From: Eledone cirrhosa
Lineage: Eukaryota
DNA length: 64,000 nucleotides
NCBI GenBank assembly: GCA_964016885.1
Contig: OZ024749.1
Location: 15,004,001-15,068,000 of the forward strand
Reading direction: 5' to 3'
Shown here: one piece after another, positions 13,227-25,375 of the stretch
Position numbering within the stretch: the stretch's first letter is position 1
How the letters are laid out: every line of letters begins with the position of its first letter
Made by a program: the position numbers and the translations under genes
The notes under the pieces: model-generated
The model's input: only the letters and a program-made list of their open reading frames with translations
Database searches by the model: none
Told to the model about the DNA's origin: nothing

Positions 13227-14482
13227 ATCATCATCATCATCATCATCATTTTACGTCCGCTTTTCCCTGCTTGCAAGGGTGGGACGGGTCTTATGCAGCA
13301 CAGCATCTCTCCACTCGTCACGGTCCCTCGTCATCTCCACCGTGAGCTTCAATGATCTGAGGTCTGTTCTCACCACCTCCACCCATGTTTTTCGTGGTCT
13401 ACCTCTAACACGTCTTCCTTCAACTGGCATTTCCTGGCACTTCTTCACCCATCAGTCATCCTCCATGCGCATCACATGTCCATACCACCTCAGTCTCCTC
13501 TCCCGTACACTACATTCTATCCCTCTCAGACACAGTTTCTCTCTCAACACATTTACACTGCACATTTACACTGCACATCCAACGGAGCATGCTTGCCTCA
13601 TTTCTCTCCAGCCGTCGCATATCCTCTGCGGTTGCTGCCCATGTCTCACTACCATGCAGCATCGCGCTCCTCACACAGGCATCATACAACCGGGCTTTCG
13701 TACGCAGGGAGAAACCCTTCTTCGTCAACAGAGGAAGCAGCTCCCTAAACTTCTTCCAACCCGTCCTTATTCTAGATACTATGGCCTCGGAACACCCTCC
13801 TCCCATGCTAATCTGATCTCCCAGGTACCGGAAGTTATCCACCACTTCTATAGCGCCCTCTCGCATTTGAAAAATGTGTCTATCAGTGCGACTTCTACTG
13901 TCTAATTTCCCTGTACATCTTTCTCCCTACCTGTTAGTTTGCCTGCTATCCCGCTACATCTCTTGTGTACCCAGGACCTGCATTGTGTGCATTTTATAGA
14001 ATTTATGCCAGTTCCTTTTCTGCATATCGAACATGGCCATTTCCCTGACGGAATCAGGGTTTTGTCCTCTTTTCTACTCATCAACACTTTTGTCTTAGCT
14101 AGATTTACTCTCAGTCCTCTTGCTTCCAACTGCTGTTTCCATAGCCGGAATTTATTCTCTAGCTCCTCTACTGATTCTGCTATAAGAGCCAGATCGTCAG
14201 CATAGAGAAGTTCCCATGGACAGCCAGTCTTAAACTCCTCTGTTATGGCTTGGAGGACTATAATGAACAAGAGCGGGCTGAGGACCGAACCCTGATGTAC
14301 TCCTACTTGTATCTGGAATTCCTCACTAAACTCCATTCCTACCCTGACTTTACTGAGAGTACCTCTGTACAAAGTTTGCACTGTCCTCACAAGCCATTCC
14401 TCAACACCTAGCTTCCTTAGGGACCACCAGATGACAGATCGGGGTACCCTATCAAAGGCCTTCTCTAGGTCAACAAAGGCTA
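13227..14482 (-). mobile_element. 5'-truncated RTE LINE, family B
   Basis: rc matches ~27382-28651 (AFVDLEKAFD, HQGS, YADD) with small indels; (GAT)n tail. Confidence 0.9.
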
Positions 14483-14492
14483 TAATATATAT

Positions 14493-14535
<43 letters not shown>

Positions 14536-14770
14536 TATATATATATAATATATATATATATATAATATATATATATATATATAATATATATATATATATA
14601 ATATATATATATATATATAATATATATATATATATAATATATATAATATATATATATATATAATATATATAATATATATATATATATATAATATATATAA
14701 TATATATATATATATAATATATATAATATATATATATATATAATATATATATATATATAATATATATAAT

Positions 14771-14804
<34 letters not shown>

Positions 14805-14821
14805 ATATATATATAATATAT

Positions 14822-14855
<34 letters not shown>

Positions 14856-14912
14856 ATATATATATAATATATATAATATATATATATAATATATATAATA
14901 TATATATATAAT

Positions 14913-14988
<76 letters not shown>

Positions 14989-15012
14989 TAATATATATAT
15001 ATAATATATATA

Positions 15013-15104
<92 letters not shown>

Positions 15105-15258
15105 TATAAGGATTAGAATACTGGAGCGTGTTTGAGTCAAACACCCTCTTCGTATTATAGAAATGACAGTAAAAGGTATAGCTCAATGCAGTTAAACAGA
15201 GCCGAAAAATTAAGAGAGTAAAACAAAGAATCCTTTAATACATCAAAAGTTTTTATTA

Positions 15259-15296
15259 GCCGACAATGTTTCGTCCTATTAAGGACTCATCAGGGC
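15259..15296 (-). ncRNA. minimal type I hammerhead ribozyme (PLE pLTR)
   Basis: rc GCC-CTGATGA-GTCCT(taat)AGGAC-GAAA-CATTG-TC-GGC. Confidence 0.88.
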
Positions 15297-15626
15297 AATC
15301 AAAACAACAAGAGGTAATTTCGGCAGATACAAGCCAGAAACTATGAAGAATATGGAGTTTACATACACTAATGTCTTACAAAGATATACGATAATAAAAA
15401 TGAAGATAAAAATAATAAAATTATAATAACTAAGGATGTAGATAACATTAAGAACCATATTACAAATATAGTCCAAAGTCACCAACTTAAATCTAAACAA
15501 ATTTGGTTATATAGAGCAGGAATTATATATAACACAGTATAATACATTATAATAATAATATATCTATACCAACATTAAAATTCCAAATTAAAAATCAAAA
15601 GGTACAATATATACATGTATATATGT

Positions 15627-15674
<48 letters not shown>

Positions 15675-17244
15675 TACAATACACATATCTATTTTCTATT
15701 ACACAGAAATTAAGCCCTATTGGAAGTTTGCACATCAAAAATATCAAAAATAAGCATGGTAATAGTGAAAATAATGCTAATACATCTACCCAATATACAT
15801 GAGGCAATAATATGATATAATTACAAGAAACACTTATAATAAATAATAAACAACAAAATTATATAATACAATACAATATAATAAAGTAGAATATATAATA
15901 ATCCCCGGTTAATTTACAGAAACAATATAGATGTCACAGTGAAATACAATGATAAATTGTTAACATTATATTAACAATTAGCATAAACAATATGTACAAC
16001 ATGATTCATACTGGGTTACATAATAAATGAGGAAATATCAATCATATAATATAATATAATAATACTCAAAAAAAACTATATTGGTACAGGGAACAATTAT
16101 GATGTTACAGAAAAATATGTTGTTACAGAAAAATATACAGACATCTAACATGATATGTAAAGTCTAAATACTATAATGTTACATATTACAATATTAAAAT
16201 ATTAAAAAATTAAAAAATCCAGACATCTTATATGATATATAAAGTTTAACTATCTCAATGTTATATATAATAAACGGTAAGTAATAAGGATCTATATCAT
16301 AATGTAATATATTTTTAAAATTGGCATAAAATATGTAAATAAATACTTATAATTTCAAGGTTAGTAGACAGACATGTGTGGATGAGTGAACGAAGCCAGA
16401 CAGTGAATAGTAAATAGAATATAGGATAAAACAAATAAATACAATCAACCGGAAATTACAAAACAAAGCAAATGTATACACACTTAGGCCTCGCGTGCAT
16501 TAAGAAATTTGGTAAACACCAAGGAAAGCGATCAATTTAAATGACTCTAAATCCTATCTGATAAATTAATATTAAAAATATCAAACCCATCCAATAAGGT
16601 AGTATAAAATTAGCTATAGTCTAAGTCATTAAAGTATATAAACTTTAATGTATCGCTACAAATGTTTACAAAAAGGAATAAAATTACACTATCATATACG
16701 CAACGATATCTAAAAAACTGACTTAAGTAGAGTTAAGGTAGGCTAATGGGGACAGAATTGACAAAATATATGGAGGGTGCGAAGTGGCATAAAATATATT
16801 CGATATACTATAATAAATAATAGAACAGAGCATAAAAGAGGGGGGGGGTTAATATAATCATATTCAATCTAGAGGGGTTGACAATAAGTTTATGCGTGCA
16901 TCGGGGGGGGGGGGGAGAAGGGGGAGAAGGGGGGGGGTCGATAGATAAATCAGAATAGACTTAGAAATAAAAATAGAATTAAAAATAGAATTAAAAATAA
17001 AAATAAAAATAAAAATGATGTTAAAATTAAAAATTAAAGTTAATGATAATAAAAGAATATATAAAGATAGTAACGTGTGTAATCTTATGTATACTAACAA
17101 GGTGTAATAGTGAAGACATAGATATGGTACAGTGGCCAAATGATTATGAGAGCTAGAATGAAGAGTCATCAAAAACCAATGATAACATTAGTGTTGGCAA
17201 ACAAAAGAACCCAAACAAAAAAACTAAGTAATGGAATATATCTG

Positions 17245-20069
17245 CTAATGGGTACGATTTGTACTACTAGAACATTTGGGTTTATAATAAAAGTAAGAAT
17301 TAGAAATTGCATGGGGGCAAGAAGAGAATATCTCAGACTTTCTATTCAGTAAGGGTACGCTAGAGAAAATAATAGAGTGTGTCTCAAGTATACAGAGATT
17401 ACAAAACTTACCATGTGCAGAAAGGTGGTTAGATCGTGCTACTAAACTCCAGTTAAGGCTATATGGTATAAAAGCTCCCTTAAGATCCCAGATATAATGC
17501 GCTAGAGAGGTAGAATTCTTAAACCTAACATGTTTGAAGTTAGAGATATGAGAGTTAAACCTAGTCTTAAAAGTGTTTGAAGTAGATCCTATATATGTTC
17601 CTTTAGAGGAATTAGTTATAACCTCGCAAGCATAGACAATGTTCTTAGAAAGGCAGTTACCGTTTAGAGGGCAGTTAGCACTCACTCTACAATTGCACTT
17701 CCGGGTGTTATTGGTTGGCTCGAGTGGTGATGTATTGCGCGTAGGACCTCTATTAGATAGGGACTGTTCTGGTGGTAAAGCATTGTCCGATGCATTCAGA
17801 CTATCAGTATATAGAGAGGAGAATCCATCCCTAATTTTCCTATTATTAGTGCTAGCTAAATGAGAACTAATATTAGGGGTGGTAGAGAATGATAGTTTAA
17901 TAACATTTTTATTAAAAATACCATGGTATTTGTGAGAAGGGGGGAAATTTTTCTCCAGGATAGTGAAGAAAGACCTAGGGATATTAGTTGATACATCCTG
18001 GTTATATGGCGGGTTGAAATAAGTATTCAATCGCCTTCTATTTTTATTTATATTCTTATCGACCCTACCTCTATCAAAAGTCCCACCGTCGAGACTAGGG
18101 TTACTATCGGGAATAGTTGAAGCCGCATTCATAGAATCAGCCATAATATCATTATGCCTGTTATAGTTTCTACCTCTAGTAGATTCGCTGTTGTCCAGAA
18201 TCCCTACAAGAGGATTAAGGCCAATGATAGGATCAGTAGGGGCAACATTACTAGAACTAGATCCAGCCAAACCAACACCAATGCGTGAGCGCACAGGGGG
18301 CTCGACTTGTCTCTTAGAGGTATTATATTTGTTATTACGAGTCCGGTGGGATAACTTATGGGTGGGTTCAGATACTCCTATATAAGTTCTACGGTTACTA
18401 AGTTTGCTACTCACATTCATAGCCATGTTATGTGATATAATGTTATTATTATTAAGAGTAAGGGCGGTGAATTGGCAGTATCGGTAGAGGGTTGGACGCC
18501 ATGCTTTCTAGCATAGTTACGTCCCTTTACGGTTTGAGTTCAAATCCCGCTGAGGTTAACTTTGCCTTTCATCCTTACGGGGTCGATAAAATAAAGTACC
18601 AGTAATGTACTGGGTATTTGCTGGCCTTGTGCCTAAAGTAGAAACAATTATTATTAAGAGTAAGCGGAGACTTTCTAAAGTTACTATTATTATAATTTAT
18701 TTTACTAGAGTGACCTGAATTTGCTAGGGCATTATTGTAGTACTCCGCATGTTCATTAAAAGTTCCTATGTCCTTAGATAGTGTGGAAATCCTATTAGAA
18801 ACGCCCTTAATTATAGAGTTTATCATATACTTAGGGTGGTTAGAATTGGGGCTAACATAAGAAAGAATTTCATTAGGCTTATGGAAGGGTTTAAAACTAT
18901 TAGTGGCCAAGTCCAAAGTCACATCTAAAAAGTTAACCGCTCTATCATTTCTATCTATCGTGATTGAAAGGTTGTAGTTATTAAAAAAACTTATAAAGCT
19001 TCTTCTTATTACGTTCTACATTGTTGGTACTAGAGTTAATTATAAACAATGCATCATCACGATATAGTCCGCCTACAAGGTGCGGGAAGGTAGCGTATAG
19101 TTCATTAAGGAGGAACAACCCAACAAGATCAGTAACCTGGGCCGAATCGCTCGAACCCATTGTAACGTCGAAATTATTGGGCGTGTTTTTACGGGTCCAA
19201 AAAGTGTCCTCAAATTTAATAATAGTTTTACGGGCTGCTAGTATAATATCTACCTGCGATCGTGTAAGGCTGGACACTCTCATGGCCAACATTAAGGCTT
19301 TATTGAGGAGGATGGGTGAAATTGATGTGTAGTAGGCATCAATATCGAATTGGATAAACTTATTAGATTCAAGTCTATTAATCCCAGAGTACCAATCTAT
19401 AACTTCCTTAGTGTTCCCCCATAAGTTAAAATTAACCTTATCCCTAACATCTGGTATAATAACGTCAAGGATTTTTTTACTGATAATGGTTATATCCGAC
19501 TTAGAAGGACAGATAAGTCTAACTGAGGGGTTACTAATAAAATCAACCTTATGGTCCTTAAGTGTGAATCTCGGCTCTCGAGGGTAATATGGCTGGGTAT
19601 ACTTATCGAGTCCGAGGTCAGAGACTATTCTAAGGCCCTCACTATTGATGTGGTTCAAATTCTCAAGCGTAGTTTTTTTATAGTTTCTATATAACTCTTT
19701 ATAAATAAAATCGCGGTATGTACTATAGTCCATGGAGTATAGATTCTTAGTCTTATCTGCCGGGACCAGAATGGACTTATTCTCACCAAAACCCTTAACA
19801 ATATTTTTAAGTCTGGACTGGAATTTATCAAAATTACTATTGTTTCTATGTCTATCATTTCGCCTAAACCTAACATTTTTAACCAGAGAGAGTAAGTCAC
19901 TTTCGAAACTGTCTAATAGTATGTTGTGTGGTGGGCTCTTATACGTTTTGAAGCCGTAGCTATTAAACTTAGTTCTAATCCTGGGGTCGTTCCTATTCTT
20001 ATTACTATCGTAGTGAAACGCACGCCATCTAATCCTTTTTACAAAGGAGTTAACGCTATTATAGTTAAC
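17245..20069 (-). pseudogene. PLE polyprotein (reverse transcriptase + C-terminal GIY-YIG endonuclease), disrupted
   Basis: Motifs PADKT, FIQFDIDAYY, FDVTMGS, GLYRDD, NFLDVTLDL, YFNPP, CNCR...CPL..C, VY...YIG, FKTRFNSH, CNLC, LNRKSE..SCPH. One extra base in A7 at 18983-18989; removing the SINE at 18463-18664 (with one TSD) restores the frame (LTLNNNNIISHNMA). Confidence 0.9.
18463..18647 (+). mobile_element. tRNA-derived SINE inserted in the PLE ORF
   Basis: 17-bp TSD TTATTATTAAGAGTAAG at 18446-18462 and 18648-18664. Confidence 0.9.
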
Positions 20070-20380
20070 GTTTATTATATATAACATTGAGATAGTTAAA
20101 CTTTATATATCATATAAGATGTCTGGATTTTTTAATTTTTTAATATTTTAATATTGTAATATGTAACATTATAGTATTTAGACTTTACATATCATGTTAG
20201 ATGTCTGTATATTTTTCTGTAACAACATATTTTTCTGTAACATCATAATTGTTCCCTGTACCAATATAGTTTTTTTTTAGTATTATTATATTATATTATA
20301 TGATTGATATTTCCTCATTTATTATGTAACCCAGTATGAATCATGTTGTACATATTGTTTATGCTAATTGTTAATATAAT

Positions 20381-20565
20381 TGTTTCTACTTTAGGCACAA
20401 GGCCAGCAATTACCAGTGCATTACTGGTACTTTATTTTATCGACCCCGTAAGGATGAAAGGCAAAGTCAACCTCGGCGGGATTTGAACTCAGATGGTAAA
20501 GGGACGTAACTATGCTGGAAAGCATGGCGTCCGACCCTCTACCGATACTGCCAATCCACCGCCCT
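20381..20565 (-). mobile_element. tRNA-derived SINE inserted in the inverted PLE arm
   Basis: Absent from the mirror arm; TSD TTGTTAATATAAT / TTGTTATATAAT. Confidence 0.88.
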
Positions 20566-20867
20566 TTGTTATATAATGTTAACAATTTATCATTGTATTT
20601 CACTGTGACATCTATATTGTTTCTGTAAATTAACCGGGGATTATTATATATTCTACTTTATTATATTGTATTGTATTATATAATTTTGTTGTTTATTATT
20701 TATTATAAGTGTTTCTTGTAATTATATCATATTATTGCCTCATGTATATTGGGTAGATGTATTAGCATTATTTTCACTATTACCATGCTTATTTTTGATA
20801 TTTTTGATGTGCAAACTTCCAATAGGGCTTAATTTCTGTGTAATAGAAAATAGATATGTGTATTGTA

Positions 20868-20913
<46 letters not shown>

Positions 20914-21243
20914 ACATATATACATGTATATATTGTACCTTTTGATTTTTAATTTGGAATTTTAATGTTGGTATAGATATATTATTATTATAATGTATTA
21001 TACTGTGTTATATATAATTCCTGCTCTATATAACCAAATTTGTTTAGATTTAAGTTGGTGACTTTGGACTATATTTGTAATATGGTTCTTAATGTTATCT
21101 ACATCCTTAGTTATTATAATTTTATTATTTTTATCTTCATTTTTATTATCGTATATCTTTGTAAGACATTAGTGTATGTAAACTCCATATTCTTCATAGT
21201 TTCTGGCTTGTATCTGCCGAAATTACCTCTTGTTGTTTTGATT

Positions 21244-21281
21244 GCCCTGATGAGTCCTTAATAGGACGAAACATTGTCGGC
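21244..21281 (+). ncRNA. minimal type I hammerhead ribozyme (inverted PLE arm)
   Basis: GCC-CTGATGA-GTCCTTAATAGGAC-GAAA-CATTG-TC-GGC, GUC triplet, followed by AATAAA. Confidence 0.88.
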
Positions 21282-21325
21282 TAATAAAAACTTTTGATGT
21301 ATTAAAGGATTCTTTGTTTTACTCT

Positions 21326-24300
21326 GCGAGCTACCAAGCACCCACGTGAAGCGCCAACCCAGAGACCCTCCCCTACGAGTGTCGACAAATGCCCAAAACT
21401 CCGAGTTGGTACCATCAATGTAGGCTCAATGAAAGGAAGAGCAGGAGAAATCGTAGAAATGCTAGAGCGAAAGGAAGTTGATGTATGCTGTGTGCAAGAG
21501 ACTAGATGGAGAGGAGGGTCTGCTAGAGTCCTTGTAGGAAAAAGCCAGTGCTACAAATTTTTCTGGGTGGGAAATGACGATGGGATGGGTGGTGTAGGTA
21601 TACTATTAGCTGACAAGTGGGTAGATAAAGTAATCTCAGTGTACAGGGTAAATGCAAGAATCATTAAACTCAGACTAGTCCTGAATAAGACAATTACCAC
21701 AATAATATCAGCTTACGCACCCCAATCGGGGCTGCCAGACGAACTTAAGGATAGGTTTTACGAGTCCCTAATACACACTACTGCTCTAACAGACGACAAG
21801 GACTTCCTAATCATTGCAGGAGATTTTAACGGACACGTAGGTAAACACTGCGACGGCTTCAATAGAGTACATGGAGGCCATGGAGTTGGCACAAGGAATG
21901 AGGAAGGATTCAGACTTCTAGAATTCTGCGACGCCAATGACATGTCGATATGTAACACAAACTTTAAAAAACCCGACAACCACCTGATCACCTATAGATC
22001 AGGGGAGCACTCTAGTCAGTTAGATTTTATCCTCATCAGAGGACGTGACAGATGGACGGTCGTAAACACAAAAGCCTTCCCTAGTGAGGAATGTACATCC
22101 CAACATAGCTTAGTTGTCAGCGACCTCACGGTCAGAACTAGACGAGCCCTGAAACAGAGGCCAACCTGGAGAAGAAAGATCTGGAAGCTGAAAGTCCCCT
22201 CAACCAGTAACAGATTTAAAGATATTTTACTCAACGCCTACGACAGTAAAGAAGAACAGATAGAGACATTTAACGTAGAAGAGAACTGGGAGTTCCTAAA
22301 AAATAACTTACTAGAGGCGACGGATGAGGTTTGTGGCTGGAGTAAGACCTCAAGCAGGAGGAGAGTGACTTGGTGGTGGAACAATAAGGTAGATGAAGCA
22401 GTCAAGGCCAAGAGACAGGCATGGAAAGAATGGAAGAACGGGGGGAGCAGGGTACATTACATAGAGACCAAGAGGGAAGCTAGGCGACAAGTATACTTAG
22501 CTAGGAGGGAAGCAGAGGATAGAAAATTCAAGCATGTTTTACAACGTGAGGACCAGAAACAGGAGGTATTCAAGATTGCGAGGCAGTGTGTCAGAGATAG
22601 TTGTGATGTCATTGGAGAGAAGTGTATCCGGAATGATAAAGGTGAGCTTGCCCTCACAAGTGCTGAGAAGAAAGATGCATGGAAGAGTCATTATGATAGA
22701 TTACTAAATGAGGAGAATGCATGGGAAGAAGAGACCCTACCCCACGTAGACCCTATAGAGGGACCAGCAGTACAAGTCAGCGGCAGCGTAGTAAGTAAGG
22801 CAATCAGAGATATGAAGATAGGGAAGGCAACCGGTCCATCGGGTATAGCTGCCGAGATGCTGAAGGCATCTGGGTCTGTAGGTCACACTATAACCACACG
22901 TATCGTTAACCAGGTAATACTAGAGGGGGCCATACCAAAAGATTGGTGCAGTAGCATCATTGTCAACTGCTACAAAGGTAAAGGCGATGCACTAGATAGA
23001 GGAAACTATAGAGGTATAAAGTTGATGGACCAGGTCATGAAAGTAACAGAAAGAGTTATAGCACAGCTGATTAGGGACCGGGTGAATATAGACGAGATGC
23101 AATTTGGGTTTGTTCCAGGGAAAGGCACCACTGATGCGCTCTTCCTTGTGAGGCAATTACAGGAAAAGTACCTAGCTAAAAGTAAGCCACTCTACTTGGC
23201 ATTTGTCGACCTTGAGAAAGCCTTTGACAGAGTTCCACGTGCAGTAATCTGGTGGGCTCTTAGAAAACTAGGAGTAGATGAATGGCTTGTGAAAGCGGTA
23301 CAAGCCATGTATAGGGGAGCAGTCAGCAAAGTTAGGATTGGCAATGAGTATAGCTAGGAATTTAGCGTACAGGTTGGGGTCCACCAGGGCTCTGTTCTTA
23401 GCCCTCTCCTGTTCATCATAGTCCTGCAGGCAATAACGGAGGAGTTTAAGACCGGATGCCCATGGGAACTCCTGTATGCTGATGACCTCGCACTCATAGC
23501 TGAATCTATGGTAGAACTAGAGAATAAATTCCAAACCTGGAAGCAGGGACTAGAGAGAAAGGGCCTCAAAGTCAACATGACAAAGACTAAGGTCCTTATA
23601 AGTAGACGAGAAAACAGAACCCAGATCCCCTCAGGGAAATGGCCTTGCTCAGTATGTAGGAAAGGTGTAGGTAGGAACTCCATTCTTTGCCCCAAATGCA
23701 AACAATGGGTACACAAGAGATGTAGCGGGATCTCAGGAAGCTTAATTAAGAATGTAGGATTCACATGCAGCAGCTGTGCTGAAACAGCAAGCAAACAGCC
23801 ACAGGAAACAAGTACCACCAATCTCTGGGAGGGCCCTGTAGAAACAGTAGACAGCTTCTGCTACCTAGGTGACCGAATTAGCAACGGAGGTGGGTGCTCA
23901 GAAAGTACAATAACTAGGGTAAGAACGGGATGGAAGAAGTTTAGGGAACTACTACCACTGCTAGCTGCAAAAGGCTTCTCCCTCAGAATGAAAGGCAGAC
24001 TGTATGATGCGTGTATCCGAACAGCGATGTTGCATGGTAGTGAGACCTGGGCGCTGAAGGTGGAAGACTTACGTAGATTAGAGAGAAACGAAGCCTGCAT
24101 GCTCCGATGGATGTGTAACAGTAATATACGTGAACGACAAAGCATAAATGAATTGAGAGAGAGACTGAGCATAAGAGGAATCAAATGCTGCGTGCAGGAG
24201 AGGCGGTTACGCTGGTATGGACATGTGATGCGTATGAAGGATGACAGCTGCATAAAAAGGTGCAGAGCACTAGAAGTTGATGGAAACCGCGGAGTGGGGA

Positions 24301-24735
24301 GACCCAAGATGACTTGGGATGAGGTGATAAAAGCCGACCTTACCCAACTACACCTCTCAAAGTCAATGACACACGACCGTGACTTCTGGCGTCACGCAGT
24401 AATACAGGGTACCCGACCTCCCATGGGTACATGCTGAAGCATATAAACAATATGCCCCCCCCCCCCCCCACCGCAAGGTGGTCGTGGAGGTGCCACGGCA
24501 AAAAAGCACCCAGCCCACACTGTAAAGTGGACGTGTAGGCGCCACGAAAAAACACCCAGCACTCACTGTAAATGAGGTTGGTGTTAGGAAGGGCATCCAG
24601 CTGTAGAAATCAAGCCAGATCAGTTCCTGTATGAGCAAGGCATGGTCAGCCGACCAGACACTGCCCACAACAGGACAACCCGTCTAACCCATGCTAGCGT
24701 GGAAGAACGGACGTAAAACGGTGATGATGATGATG
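21326..24735 (+). mobile_element. near-full-length RTE LINE, family A
   Basis: APE + RT ORF, 3' UTR, (GAT)n tail; ACTCT duplicated at 21321-21325 and 24736-24740, after which PLE sequence resumes. Confidence 0.93.
21429..24437 (+). pseudogene. RTE APE endonuclease-reverse transcriptase with one nonsense codon
   Basis: CVQETRW, GDFNGHVG, DF..SQH (APE); YRGIKL, QFGF, FVDLEKAFD, HQGS, YADD, YLG (RT). TAG at 23355-23357 is GAG in the copy at 35039-35041. Confidence 0.92.
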
Positions 24736-24760
24736 ACTCTCTTAATATATAAATATATAT

Positions 24761-24831
<71 letters not shown>

Positions 24832-24847
24832 TATATATATATAATAT

Positions 24848-24900
<53 letters not shown>

Positions 24901-25189
24901 ATATATATAATATATATATATATATAATATATATATATATATATAATATATATAATATATATATATATATATAATATATATATATATATATAATATATAT
25001 AATATATATATATATATATAATATATATATATATATAATATATATATATATATATAATATATATAATATATATATATATAATATATATATATATATATAA
25101 TATATATAATATATATATATATAATATATATATATATAATATATATATATATATATAATATATATAATATATATATATATAATATATAT

Positions 25190-25223
<34 letters not shown>

Positions 25224-25375
25224 ATATATATATATAATATATATATATAATATTTTTTTTTTTATAATATATATATATAATATTTTATAATATATATATA
25301 TAATATTTTATAATATATATATATAATATATAATATTTTATAATATATATATATAATATTTTTTTTTTTTTTTTT

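Larger units (their letters stand above)
15109..24746 (-). mobile_element. 5'-truncated Penelope-like element with inverted 3' arm and nested insertions
   Basis: Minus-strand RT+GIY-YIG at 17245-20069, 3' region down to 15109; 20069-21325 plus 24736-24746 is the reverse complement of ~15210-16276; both arms carry an HHR; flanked by (TA)n. Confidence 0.9.

Noticed and set aside
13902-15140. 412-aa ORF fusing a repeat to an RT
   Set aside because: Chance read-through from (TA)n into a truncated RTE copy.
18981-18992. Programmed frameshift in the PLE RT
   Set aside because: A single extra base in a homopolymer is more simply a mutation or sequencing error.
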